A stretch of DNA of 64,000 bases from Octopus sinensis (GCF_006345805.1 NC_043004.1:12958001-13022000); one strand, 5' to 3'. Shown: positions 1-13,220, counted from the first letter of the stretch. Made by a program: numbers and translations. The notes: generated by a model not told the origin, from the sequence alone.

Positions 1-425
1 ATTTCTAGCAGATAAACCCATCATTTATAATGATACAGTGGTCGTATTCGTCAGGTGGTTGTCGTCCTGATTGCGGCACTGATGACAGTGGCGCAATGGC
101 AGGGTCATGGTAGTTATCATTTGTACTAGTACGTTGTTGGTAAAGCGGCGGTGTTGATAGTGATGCTGATGTTAATGGTAATAATATTATAATGGTTACT
201 ATAATGGTAGCAATTGTAGGTATGGTGTAGATAGCAGTGGTAGTATTTATGATGTCAGCACAATTGTAACTGTAGTGGTGGTCATGGTGGCATTGGAATT
301 GACGATCGTTATGCTGGCGATTATATTTGATATTAATATATATTTTGGTTGGTTGTGCTGATGCTGGTGGTTCTGGTGGTGATGGTGGTAGTTGCGATAT
401 TGATGGTGATGTTTGATGGTGGTTG
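1..425. repeat. Degenerate (GGT/GAT/AGT)n trinucleotide low-complexity tract
   Basis: Runs such as gtggtggtcatggtggc, gatggtggtagttgcgatattgatggtgatg. Confidence 0.8.
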
Positions 426-660
426 CTTACAAGATTCCTTTCAAAGAAAGATTGTCAACTAATTGGACATTGAAGAAATGTAGACAATTAGCTCCAGATT
501 GCTTAGAGGGACATCTTAGTAGAAAACAGAAATACATAAAACATGTCGACACACACACACACACATTGAGGCACAGATGTATGCATGTACATATATATAT
601 ATATACATATATATATATATGCATACTCAAGCATATGTATATGCATATATATTTACATAT

Positions 661-731
<71 letters not shown>

Positions 732-734
<3 letters not shown>

Positions 735-986
735 CTGTGTGTGTGTGTGTGTGTGAATATGGAGCGTATCTGTGTGAGTAAAGTTTCAAACGTTACCTTA
801 AATATTTCGATAGAAGTATTATGTTTTATTATGTTTATATTGAGATGCGTTTGTGTTGTTCGCACCATAAAATATTCCATAAATATACTTGTTAAAGCAG
901 ACGAACCAAACCACACCTGCACGTACACACCCACACGGACACATTCAAATGTACATATATGTATATATGAAGATATGTGTGTATGG

Positions 987-1027
<41 letters not shown>

Positions 1028-1346
1028 TACATACATACAGACAGACACACACACACACACCACACACACATATATATATATATATAATATATATATATAT
1101 ATATACACCTGTGTGTGTGTGTGTGTGTGAATATGGAGCGTATCTGTGTGAGTAAAGTTTCAAACGTTACCTTAAATATTTCGATAGAAGTATTATGTTT
1201 TATTATGTTTATATTGAGATGCGTTTGTGTTGTTCGCACCATAAAAGATTCCATAAATATACTTGTTAAAGCAGACGAACCAAACCACACCTGCACGTAC
1301 ACATTCAAATGTACATATATGTATATATGAAGATATGTGTGTATGG

Positions 1347-1389
<43 letters not shown>

Positions 1390-1445
1390 TACATACAGAC
1401 AGACATACACACACACACACACATACACACACACACACATATATA
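732..1445 (+). repeat. Tandem duplication of ~375-bp unit bounded by (CA)/(TA) microsatellites
   Basis: cacctgtgtg...gaatatggagcgtatctgtgtgagtaaagtttc... at 732 and again at 1107; unique cores differ by about one substitution and one 16-bp indel. Confidence 0.9.
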
Positions 1446-2280
1446 TATATAATACACAGAGACACACTTATATATGCATACACAATCACGAACACACACA
1501 TAAACATATCCACACACAGACACAAATACATATATATATATATATATATATGTATAGAGAGAGAGAGAGAGAGGGGGGAGGAGAGAGCTTTTTATATATT
1601 GAATCAGTGCTCTATGTGTGTATGAGAGCATCTATGTGTGTGTGTGTATGTGTTTGTGTGTGTGAGAAAGAGAGACCACGGGCGAAAGTGTGTGTGTGTG
1701 TGCTTTGATTGTTTATGTTCCTATTGTCTTGGGGACATGCAGTGCGTTTGTATATGCTTGCGTATGTGTGTATGCGTGTATATATGTGTGCGTAAGTGTG
1801 TGTGTCTATATGTGTGCATGATGTGAGTACGCATGTGTGTGTGTTTCCCTCTTAGTTGTTCTGGCACAAATTAAACTAACGAAGAACTCAGTAAATCGTG
1901 ATCAGCTTGGAAAAAACGAAAAAAATATATCAAACTTTAAATGGCTGTTTACGAACCACTAAAAATTAGGTTTCCTCGTGCTCAACTTTTCGTGTTTTCT
2001 CTTATGAATTTCTGGTAAAACTGAGAAATTCTTTTAACCAACAGATAAAATACCGAATTCTGAGTTAACCAGTAAAACTAATTAGGTGATGGCGGTAAAA
2101 AGTTTGCTTCTCAACCACATTGTCTTGGGTTCAGTTCCACGGCTTGGCACCTTGGGCAAGTGGCTCCCAATACAGTTTCGGGCTGACTAATAACTTGCGA
2201 GTGAACTTGGTTAACAGAAACTGAAAGCAACCTGCCGTAAATACGTACATACATAGATACATAGATACATACATACATAC

Positions 2281-2351
<71 letters not shown>

Positions 2352-2356
<5 letters not shown>

Positions 2357-2680
2357 CTTAAATATGTTTCGACCAAAGATTGGTCCAGGCCATGTCTAAC
2401 TTAATAGCACCACCTGATAGGATTATCTAAATCCTTTTGAAGTCAAGTTTTGTTTATGGTCCATTCCAGTAGTGAGTTCTTGTTGAGTGAGTTGTATCCA
2501 GGTATGGGTGCTTATCTGGTATTCCTTGAAGAAATATGTGCAGACTCCGTTTAAAGGTGATGGGATCCTTTTCATCTTTAATCAGTTTTGGGACAATGTT
2601 GGACAGGGCAGGGCCTTTTGAGGAAAAGAGATTGTGACGCAGTGTACCTATATGTTGTGATCTTGTGATATAATCAAATC
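2352..2680 (-). mobile_element. 3' end fragment of CR1/L2-group LINE
   Basis: Minus strand reads GPALSNIVPKLIKDEKDPITFKRSLHIFLQGIPDK..PGYNSLNKNSLLEW (frameshifted); 3' UTR ggcctggaccaa shared with 58760-59040. Confidence 0.6.
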
Positions 2681-2791
2681 AATGAACAAATAATTCCAAA
2701 ACCGAATAAAGATGGAAAATAGAAACGAGAAAAAAACGTGAGGACGTGTCCAAAACTTATGTTAGTTTGACGCTGGGTGAAAGGAGAGCGA

Positions 2792-2826
2792 TTTTAACGT
2801 TTCGAGCATGTCTCTTCGTCGGAAAC
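2792..2826 (-). ncRNA. Minimal hammerhead-like motif, CCGA core variant (PLE pLTR remnant)
   Basis: Minus: GUUU CCGACGA A GAG-ACAUG-CUC GAAA CGUU AAAA; palindromic stem III AACGUU; homologous to 41885-41920. Confidence 0.5.
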
Positions 2827-3329
2827 GCGAAAGGGAAAAGTCTAAAGAAGAATAAAAATTGCCAGCGGCGCACATGTGGTTACATTTCTGAAGTACACAC
2901 ACAGATAGACACACACACACACACACACACACATATGTATATAAATGAGTGCGTGTGTTTCTTTTCGTTTGTGTAGCTCTTCCCCCACCGTTTGACAACC
3001 CTTGTTGGTGTGTCTTTGACCCCCTATACTTAGGAGTTCGGCTAAAGCGACCGTTAGTTTAAATACCAGGTTCTAAACATTAATTATTGGTGTTGATCGG
3101 TTCGACTAAAATTCCTTCAGGCGGTAGCCCAGCATGGCCATAAATCTGATGACTGAAACAAGAAAATGATAAAGGTATAAAAACAGATACTTCATGAAAC
3201 TTCGCATGTGTAAAACCAAAAACAGGCTCTGGTTCCCAGGTTGGGAGTTATAATAATACAAAGTTATACCTGAAAAGTAACTTTTCAGCTGGTGGTTGTC
3301 TTCGATGCCGTCAATATATTAGCATAGAC

Positions 3330-3495
3330 GTCTCACTTTACGTTCTGAGTTCAAATTCCACCGAGGTCGACTTTGTCTTTCATCCTTTCGAGGTCGATAA
3401 ATTAAGTACCTGTTGCGTACTGGGGGTGATCTAATCGACTGGCACTCCCAATTTCCCCAAAATTTCGGGTCTTGTACCTCCAGTGGAAAAGAATA
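3330..3495 (+). mobile_element. SINE family B (partial)
   Basis: ttctgagttcaaattccaccgaggtcgactttgtctttcatcctttcgaggtcgat core. Confidence 0.8.
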
Positions 3496-4479
3496 TATTA
3501 GCTTTGAGCGTTGCAGTAAGTTACGAGGGGATACTGAAAACTTCCTGGCTTTGGGTAAACAGAATACAGGAGGGGCAATTAATTACGATTTTATTCAACA
3601 TATTCTCCTCTCAGATTCGCACACTTATCAAGTACAAGGTTTCTAGTACAAGGTGTCTAACACCAATAAACATAGTCAAGTGTATATAGTTCAATTTTAG
3701 CAGTTCTTGGAGTTAACTTTTCTACGATATACCAAAAATTTCAACAATTTGTTTATAGAGCTCCATAGTATCAAAGGGTTGCGGGGAGCCCCATAGAGTA
3801 AAATAAAAATCAAAGGAATCCACAGGTAAAAAATTGGTTGAGAAACACTGTTCTACATAGTCGTTCGGTCTACCACACAAACAGTAAAGAGACGTCCTTC
3901 GTAAAATAGAGATTTGATCACAGGTCAACTTGAGCTGGATATATCTAGAACTGTTAAGACGAGAGCAACCATATTTTAGCGCAGTTCTTCGAATTCTGAA
4001 GACGGATGGTTGTTTTCTAAGAATTCATATGATATGAGTATGCTTTGCACAGTATGAGGCACAATTATTCACTTGTATTCAACAGAGTCAATGAACAAAA
4101 ACGAAACGAAAATACAGAAATAAATAAACAACATTTCGGTGTACATTTACTACTAACAAAATGTTACGGAATCGCCTCAGTTAGCAAAACCGGAAAAAAA
4201 ATAATCCAGAAAGATAAGCATTATTATAACTGCTTATAAAAAAAGCTGGTTTAATATTTCTTGTTTAATATTGCACACACTCTACTGATACATCTGAATT
4301 CAAATAGAATTTATATTCTCTGCAACAATTTTCTGTTTATCTAAATTGCTAACTTCATGCCAATAACATATTCCCACTAAAAACACCCTCTTCTCAGTTT
4401 TCCAAAATGTAAATTTTCTCTCTTCACACACGTATGAATAATTTCGCGTGATTGCGCGAATGATGTCAGCTTTCTTGTA

Positions 4480-5070
4480 TGTTTTCTGTCACATGGCGCT
4501 GTTTAGACTCTAGAGCATCTTGAAGAGCAGTGTTGTTCTGTTGTATATCTTCGACAGGACACTGATATTCAATCGATCAATCAATCCTTTTCTTGGTCAT
4601 TCACGCTAATTCAGCCTTTTTGTATTATAAGATTTCTCACCATTACTTGCCCATTGACCAACACATCATTTCAGAGATGGACACCATTCCATTGATCGGC
4701 CATACATCTTCTTGTCCCATACGGGATGAAATGTAGTCAGCACCAAGACCTGCTTCAGAATTGTAGGACACCGCACAGTTCTACGGTCATGTCACTCACC
4801 CGAGTGAGTTGCCCATAAATTAGAAGCAAATGTGAGAGTCAGTCTGGTCAGCTGAAGCAGGCATTCAGTTTGACAGCCTACCGTTTGAGATCCTAGAGGA
4901 ACGTAATAGGGCTTGCGAACTCGCATTTTCATCAGTTACTAAAAGAATATCACCAAGATAACAGCATATAACAAAAGGCTGGTAGCTGGCACATAAAACA
5001 GACCCACAAACAGTTAATGGACGACAACCATCAATAGAATATCGAATACTGTGCCAGACCAGCGACAATA
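4480..5070 (-). mobile_element. Highly decayed RTE-like LINE fragment
   Basis: Isolated motifs CYLGDIL and WDKKMYG on the minus strand; otherwise disrupted. Confidence 0.3.
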
Positions 5071-5412
5071 ACTACTCCAAAATACTTAGCAGATGATTGA
5101 ACATATGTACTTTAGTTAGTTTAGAAGATACAACAGTTCATATATATATATACCTGAAGAATAACTGGCGGTTATATATTGGATGTCGTTTAATATGTTA
5201 AGCTATTTATTAAGTTATATTCTAACAGATCTCTTCTCCAAACGGTGGGAGTTAAAAGTGGCATATTGGTAAGAGTATACTTGACTTCACCGCAATTACA
5301 TCTACATACATCCAAAGCTTAATCATACATTGATGTACTTATATACATACACACCAAAACACAGACACACAGACACAGTAACACACACACACACACACAT
5401 ACACACGCTCAC

Positions 5413-5472
<60 letters not shown>

Positions 5473-5726
5473 GTATATATGTATGTATGTATCTTCCTAG
5501 TGTATGATTATATCAATTTCATGTTATAAATATTACAAGGACAACAAACGAAAGCTTAGACGTATCTGTTATGATATTGCAATTATTCGCTTATTGCTCA
5601 GTCTGTATTTCGCTGTATTACATCTTATTTTCCATTTAACTACCTATTATTTCGTTCAAAATTTTACCACAAATATTGATAGTTCGATATATAATACACA
5701 CACTCTATATACAACTACTACACACA

Positions 5727-5784
<58 letters not shown>

Positions 5785-6999
5785 GAAAGGAAGAACTATA
5801 TGGTCGGTGAACTTGCAGCGTTGTTCTAATATGCATAATTTGGGTATAACCAAATAGCTAGTATTATAAATTCACGTTTCTTATTTTTTGCTTTCCTACT
5901 TACAATATTTACATTATTTACACTTAAATAAGTGACACACATACACAGACGCACACACACACACACACACACATACACACAAACACATACAAACTCGCTC
6001 ACTCAAACAGACACACTCACTCACACACGTACAGACGTACATGTACACATACAGAAGAAACGGCACGTAGACTTTTAAGTGCACTGTCGTCTGCTAGAAT
6101 TCCTGAACGCGCAGTAACCATACATTTCTACCAGTAAACAGAAAGATACACACACAGACACGTCCATTGATTTTCATCCACACCCATATACATAAAAACA
6201 CTAATGTACTATAAAAAAAAAAAACTAAAGTACAGAGACAGATGCCATTTGCCGAGGTGTCCATCACTCGAAATGAGATTTGAATTATGTTCAGTGCTGG
6301 ATAGCAAAAAAACTAAAATAAAGAAAAACAACCGTTTCTGTCTGTTGAATAAGAAATCATTATGAAATATATAAACAAACAAGATAACATTGTTAGCTTT
6401 CGTAAACTTGCATTCCTTGGTATTTCTCCAATTTCTTACTTCTGAGAGAAACCTTGTCACTTTTCCAGGTGGATAGCTGGTCAGTTTAGACATAGCTTTG
6501 CGAGATCACTTCTCCAAAGAGGTAAATGTATCAACAATCTTAGAAACAAAACTAAAGATTGCCATAAGAAACATTTGCTACACACCATACTAATCATATC
6601 TGTCAGGCATGTGGAAGGGAGTGTAATTCGGCGGGAAGACTTAAACAACATGTAAAGTTACATGAAGCCCAGTTACCACTACAGCCGGCTATTGCCGGTA
6701 AAGGTTTTCGCTTCCAATTCAGTACAAGACATTGTAGATCTTTGGCTGTCACGTTCGATCACAGCACCGTTAACAGTTAAGCCTCGTGCAATGGCTATAC
6801 TCGATAACGAGGGGGCAGCCATCATCATTATGTATGTATGTATTAACTGAGTATGACTCTTCTCAACACCAGTACTGACAGATTACATTCACGTAGGTAC
6901 CAAACTAGCTAAAGACCAACACCACACAAACTCAAGGGTAATATGGAGCTGAATATTTACAGTTTAAAGCTAGTAGAAAATGGTTAGAGATAATTTGTG

Positions 7000-8066
7000 T
7001 GTTATGTGGTTAGAAATGACTCCTTAATCCAGCAAGAGATTTACAAATTCTTCCACAAAATGACATGAAAATACTTGATTTCGCTGTAAAGACTCCTGGA
7101 AATTATCATGGTGACATTTCATGTGCCTTGTCAATCCAGATTTACTTCTGCAGATCTTATTGCAAACAGAACTTGATAATTCATTCGACTGTGTCTCTGA
7201 AAAGTCAGTTGGGGGCCTTAAATAGTGCAACCACTCATGACTAACTAACTCAGACTGGAAGATGCACATACAGCTGTAGATATCAGTTGAGGAGAGAAGA
7301 ATTATTGGCAAGAAGTAAGGTGAAAGTTCCTGCTTACTATTTTCAAACAAGGCATCTCCTTCCCGGATTTTTCTCCTTTATTTTGGTTTGTCCATTGCAT
7401 CACCTTCCCAGATTGCATGAATAATTTTGAAGTTGTTTTGAGGGTTATTAAATACTTGAAACGCAATTTTGGTTTATTGAGGCCACTTTGGTCCTTTTAT
7501 CTCACCATATTACAGTTGTTTGGACATGCGTTGATTAGATTCTCTTATCAGACAGTCAGTCCAGCGAAATCTGTGTCAACGAATTTCAGTTTCAACGCCA
7601 ATCCACACCAGCACACTCAAGTACTTCAGAATCCGGTACTTTGCGCACCCATTTTATTTTCAGTATAGAGCCCAAACATCGCTGAGCAAATCGCGCTAGT
7701 AATTTGAGATGCGTCCTATATACTATGCAACCTTTGTTTATCTGCTATTAGTCCAAACTCGCCCTTCAAAATTCTTCAAGACGCCATTTCTCTATCTAAA
7801 GAAAAAACACGATTTAGCACCCTTCCAAGATATACTCTTTTCTCTTTTATTCTTTTACTTGTTTCAGTCATGTGACTGTGACCATGCTGGAGCACCGCCT
7901 TTAGTCGAGCAAATCGACCCTAGGACTTATTCCTTGTAAGCCTAGTACTTATTCTATCGGTCTCTTTTGCTGAACAGCTACGTTACGGGGACGTAAATAC
8001 ACCAGCACCAGTTGTCAAGCGATGTTGAGAGGACAACAGAGACACACAGACATATACACACACACA

Positions 8067-8121
<55 letters not shown>

Positions 8122-8870
8122 CGGGCTTCTTTCAGTTTCCGGCTACCAAATCCACTCACAAGGCTTTGGTCGGTCCGAAGCAATAATAGAAGACACGTGC
8201 CCAAGGTTCCACGCAGTGGGACTGAACCTGGAACCATGTGGTTCGTAAGCAAGGTACTCACCGCACACCCACTCCTACGCCTATATGTAGAGTTTCCTAC
8301 AACATTGAGTTTTGTGTTCCAAAGAAAGATCTCATATTCATAATATTAGTTAGAAGCTGGTTAAAACCTAACAGTAGATTTATCTAAGCCTACTGTTTGC
8401 CCAAAAGCTATACAGGATTTATCAAGTTCAAGCATTTGGTGCTGCATGACTCTGATTGAATGCGTTATCAAGTTACAGCCATCTGTGTACAACAAATCTC
8501 TTATTAGGAAGATAAGCGTATTTGTTTTTGCTGGGAAGCTACCCAAATTAAATAATTTGCCGGTGCTTCTATAATGAGTACATACACCTTCTTAGAAATC
8601 TTTGAATGCATTTAGAAGCACAACCGAAAAGAAAGTCAATGGATATTCCGATCCAAGTCTCAAAATAGAAAATTAAAACGAAAAATATAACGATTCGCAC
8701 AAGCAGAACATAATTACCCGTTTGGACTGTGAATGTTTCATATAAATGTCAATGAAATATTTGGATCGGAAGTAATGCCAAAATAAACTTTTGTTATTTA
8801 GGTATAACTCCTTGTCATCAGTGATGCAATAGATGTAAGGCAAGAAAAATATTATGTCCACAAATATGTT
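7000..8870 (-). mobile_element. Fossil RTE-BovB-like LINE (RT core to C-terminal zinc fingers) split by a SINE
   Basis: YRSTGKLFNL..AKT...IRDLLYTDGC (8355-8600, YADD eroded); YLG..SLD.E and RVW..TKV; ILKIKW.RKVPDSEVL; KQL.YGE; C2H2-like CNKICRSKSGLTRHMKCH and CHFCGRICKSLAGLRSH. Confidence 0.75.
7834..8281 (-). mobile_element. SINE family A (tRNA head + CORE-like box, internal microsatellite)
   Basis: Reverse complement of GGCGTAGGAG..GTTCAGTCCCACTGCGTGG..CCTTGGGCA..AGTAAAAGA tail. Confidence 0.9.
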
Positions 8871-9621
8871 ACTTCAGGTATTATATCTTGCATGTTACAC
8901 TCTAGACCCCATTCTGCTCGCTCACCCATACGGTGACGGATCGGACGAGACCGCCGTATGGCACATTCAGTATCCTTTAGCTTTTACCTTGCTTCAGTCA
9001 TTGCTTTGCGGCCATGCTGATGCATCACATTGAAGGGTTTAGCCGAACGAATTACTCCCAGTAATTATTAAGCCTTGTGGTACTTATTCCTTATTCTATC
9101 GATATCTATTGCCAAACTATTAAGTTACATTGACGTAAACGAACCAACTCCGGTTGTCCAGTGATAGGAAGGGGCAACACAAAGACACACACATACACAC
9201 ACGTACACACGCATATACACACATACACGTACATATATAGATATAGATATTTACGATGATCTCTTGCTCCGTTTCTGACCACGAAACTCATTTACAAAGC
9301 GTTGTTCACTCGTGGGCTGTAGTACAAGAAACTTGTCCAAGGTGCCTCGCAGTGGGAACGAACCTGATTCCATAGGTTGGCAAAGCATACTTCTAAACTA
9401 CAAGCCTGTATCTGTTTGTATGTAAACTCTGTTGTGTCTGTTCGTACGTAACAACCCAAGTTGAGGCCGGTAAAGTTGATTCAATAACGGCGCAGTAGTT
9501 GCTGCCCCACTGAACTGACACGGTCCCTCGATTTATTAACATCAGCCATCATGTTTATCTTGCAGTTGTAAAAATAAATGAAGAAAATTGTTAAATTCAT
9601 CCGGAATACAATACGTCAGAA

Positions 9622-9800
9622 GAGGCGCGTGGCTTGGTGGTTTGGGTGTTGGATCATAAGAATGTGGTTTCGATTCCTGGACTAGGTTATGTGTTGTGTT
9701 CTTGAGCAAAACACTTCATTTCACGTTGCTCAAGTCCCGTCCAAGTGGGGGAACTTATACGCCATGGATACCGGAAAACCAGCCCTTATGAATCTACATT
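9622..9800 (+). mobile_element. tRNA-derived SINE head (minor family)
   Basis: gaggcgcgtggcttggtgg..gtttcgattcctgg..cttgagcaaaacacttc; A/B-box-like. Confidence 0.6.
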
Positions 9801-11253
9801 ACACGAGAAGGGACTCTATGAGTCTACTGGATGCGAAAAATAACTTTAGTTTCTTACTACAAAACGCCGGAAAATATGTAGTGGTTCCACTCTGCTGGAA
9901 TTAAACAATTTCAATCAAAGACACACACACTCACACAAACACACACACAGACACACACACACACATACACACACTCACTCTCTCTCACACACACACAAGT
10001 TTATCGTAGTCTACCCAAAATTTATTGTAGAATTTTCTTCGCTACTTCGGTTCAAAACGTTATATATATTCTCTTAACCGACTTCAGCTGAACATTATTA
10101 ATTTCCGAAACGACAGTTTCAAGACATTTCCGATAATGAAGAGAAATATACCTCAATAATCATAAACTTATCTGATTTTACTACAAAATCATATTGCAGA
10201 CATAGAAATATGTTCTGACTACCTTTAACGATTAATCGTTAGAATTATATTGTTATGGAAAAATAATTTGCCGAATCGGTGAGCACTCTGAGACTTCTCA
10301 TCGAACTCATTTGAAAGAGTGTACGGCAAACGTATCCCATACGGTGAAGAATTTTAATTAAAATTTCCTTAATTTCCGCTTTTGATTTCGCTTTGGTAGA
10401 TTCAAATGGTACATTATTTGTTACACTTATTCTAACTTGGATCCCATGTGACGGCATGGCAACTGGTTTTATCCTTCCAGTGTATTCAATTTTAATCTAC
10501 AACTGTGTAAAGCCATAGAATTCGAATAGATGAATGTAAAGTTGAATTATTTCCCCGGTAATTTCTCCTGGATGTACTCCATCAACCGTTATTGAAATCA
10601 TTAGGATTAAATGAGTGGATTTCTTTTCTGTCTTCTAAGTGATTATTTATCTTTCTTTCTCTCGGTAAAGCTTTTCTGAATACATATGCTCCTATCTGTC
10701 CGTGGTTTGGGATTAGGATCTGACATATTAATGTTAATTTGTCTACTTTGCTTCCCGAGAGGAAACTGAAGACAAATATTATCTTATGTCCAGTATGAGG
10801 CGGCAGATAAGAATACAAACTTACGATTCAAGATAAGAATACTAAATTACGAAGACGAATGATAGAGACTCTACGAATGATAGATAAGAAAGACAAGAAT
10901 AAATTTAAGATTACAAAAAGAGAAAAATGATCCAAGATAGAAAAAAAATGGCTGTTACCACAACTGTCGTAAAAGATTATACTGGAATCGCTTGATTGAT
11001 GAAGATTTCTAGCTCGATGTTTCAAATTGCTTAGAAGAGCAAACTAAAGAAAGATCATCAGCCCGTTAATATTGAACTTACCCAGACATCGACAATATAT
11101 TTTCGCTGTGTGTTTTTACTGTTACTGTTCTGTCTGCCTTGCATATGAATAGTTATCTGGAATTGAAATACTGCAAAGATTAAGATTAATAACGAGACTA
11201 TTATCTCTCCAGCAAAATTGATTTTGACTTCCATACGTATCAAAGTAAGGCAG

Positions 11254-11450
11254 TGAGTTGTCAGAATCGTTAGCACGTCGGATAGAATGTACGGCAGTAT
11301 TTCATCTGGATCTTTACGTTTTGAGTTCACATCCCGCCTAGGTCAACTTTGTCTTTCATTCCTTTGGGATCGATAAATTATGTACCATTCAAGAACTGGG
11401 GTTAATGTAATCGACTTGCTGTCGTCCTTCAAAACTGTTTTCCTTGGACC
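11254..11450 (+). mobile_element. SINE family B
   Basis: tcagaatcgttagcacg..ttgagttcac..ggtcaactttgtctttcattcctttgggatcgat. Confidence 0.8.
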
Positions 11451-11975
11451 CTGCAACGGAAAAGCGTTCCATTAAAGGGGAATGTTGTGATCTTGGTTAT
11501 TTGTACTTAATGGAAACAGGATTGCCGGTGTTATGAGTCCTAGGGCTGAAGGAAGTAGGTTTTTATACAGACAAGTGGTTTTGCATAAATCTTACAAGAC
11601 AACATGTTTTTCAAAATGTAATTTTTTTCACATTAAGTTGATTTTAGAATTATATTTAAAAATAATATCAATGCATATGAAATATTTAAAGAATATGGAA
11701 TTTGAAAATCCTATGATTGCTGAATACAAGTTGACACAAAACGCTTCGGGTGTCGCCAAGATGTAGGCATGGCTGTGAGATTAAGAAGCTTACTTTTCAA
11801 CCACGTGGTTTCAGACGGAAAGCCACTGCGCTGCAGTTTGGGCAGGTTTTTCTGCTCTATCACTAGACCGACCAATTACATTCGAGTGAATGTGGTCGAC
11901 AGATATTATGTATATGTATGAGTCTTTGTGTTTTAGGGTTGTCCCCAACCATTGCTTGACAAGCGGTCTTGGGTT

Positions 11976-12359
11976 GTTTATTTTCCATGTTTTACTTGTT
12001 TGAGTCATAGAACTGCGTTGTGCCCATGCAGGGGCAGCGCTTCGAAGGGTTTAACTGAACATATCGACTCCGATGACGTACCTTAAGTCTGGAAGGTATC
12101 GTATCCGTCTCTTTCGTGCGAAAGAGACGGATACGATACCTTCCAGACTTAAAGTACGTCATCGGAGTCGATATGTTCAGTTAAACCCTTCGAAGGTATC
12201 GTATCCGTCTCTTTCCCACGAAAGAGACGGATACGATACCTTCCAGACTTAAAGTACGTCATCGGAGTCGATATGTTCAGTTAAACCCTTCGAAGCGCTG
12301 CCCCTGCATGGGCACAACGCAGTTCTATGACTCAAACAAGTAAAACATGGAAAATAAAC
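11976..12359. repeat. Near-perfect 384-bp palindrome with internal 100-bp duplication
   Basis: 11976-12115 is the reverse complement of 12220-12359 (1 mismatch); hairpin tips at 12116-19 and 12216-19. Confidence 0.95.
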
Positions 12360-12469
12360 GGAGTTTTGTTCTCTCAACTGAAGCAATTAACCGAACTTAT
12401 GGAATACAGAATTTAAAAATCAAAATCAAAAGAAATTTCCAACTTTATTTATATATTGGCTTCATATTT

Positions 12470-12665
12470 TGGCAGAAGACCAGCCGTTTTGTCGAGGGGC
12501 TAAGTCGATTAAAATCGACCCTAGTGCTCAACTGGTACTTATTGTATCGACAACGAAAGGTAATATCGACTTCGGCGGAATTTGAACACTGTACGTAAAG
12601 ACGGACTAAATGCCATTAAGCATCCCGTCCGGTGTGCTAACTATTCTACCAGCTCGTCGCCTTAA
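12470..12665 (-). mobile_element. SINE family B
   Basis: atcgacttcggcggaatttgaac..gtgctaactattctaccagctcgtcgcc. Confidence 0.8.
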
Positions 12666-12799
12666 TGTATTTTTATATTAACTACGATATTCTAAATCTG
12701 TTCCGAATATCCAAAGTCTGTCCCATACATGTTGATGTCTTCTTCTAATCAGGACTCACGTCATTAGCCACAAAAAATAATCTCTAATCGAGCCTACTC

Positions 12800-13220
12800 T
12801 AAGCTACTGAGAATGCGTGTGGCAACTTGAAGATCCACCCACCACACGCGACAGACTGGCGGTTGCACGGGCGCGAAAGCTACGTTGTTATCCTCATTCC
12901 GTAAACGAAGGCTTTTAACGGGTGGAGAGCTGAACAATCCAGGGTTCCAGAGGATTCGCAATCTAGACTAGGGTCTGAAAGTTTACCACACCATAGTGGG
13001 TTACACCATGGTTCTTCTGCTTTGTGGCAGAAGTAGGAAGAAAGAGCGAGAGAAAGTTGTGGTGAAAGAGTACAGCGGGGTTCACCCGCCACCGTCGGAG
13101 TTTCGTGGAGCTTAGGTGTTTTTGCTGAATAAACACTCACACTGCCCGGTCTGGGAATCGAAACCGCGTTCTTACGACCGTGAGTCTGCTGTCCTAACCA
13201 CTGGGCCATTGCGCCTCCAC
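12800..13220 (-). mobile_element. SINE family C (tRNA-derived)
   Basis: Minus: GGAGGCGCAATGGCCCAGTGGTTAGG..GGTTTCGATTCCCAGACCGGGC..AAACACCTAAGCTCCAC; homologous to 33228-33533. Confidence 0.8.

Noticed and set aside
413-1826. Many overlapping ORFs rich in YI/HT/CV repeats (also throughout the window)
   Set aside because: Translations of (TA)n, (CA)n and (TG)n microsatellites
5150-5200. CTGAAGA followed by hairpin ATAACT/GGTTAT
   Set aside because: No GAAA or stem III downstream; not a hammerhead as it stands
7024-7200. C2H2-like motif as a host zinc-finger gene
   Set aside because: Lies at the C-terminus of a decayed RTE ORF and the second finger is frameshifted
10245-10800. Coding-like stretch on the minus strand (ITVDGVHPGE..MPSHGIQVR..)
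   Set aside because: Interrupted by stops and no family recognised; cannot assign
13140-13220. tRNA-like sequences (also 27007, 28623, 33460, 59400)
   Set aside because: SINE heads with A/B boxes; no complete cloverleaf and followed by SINE bodies
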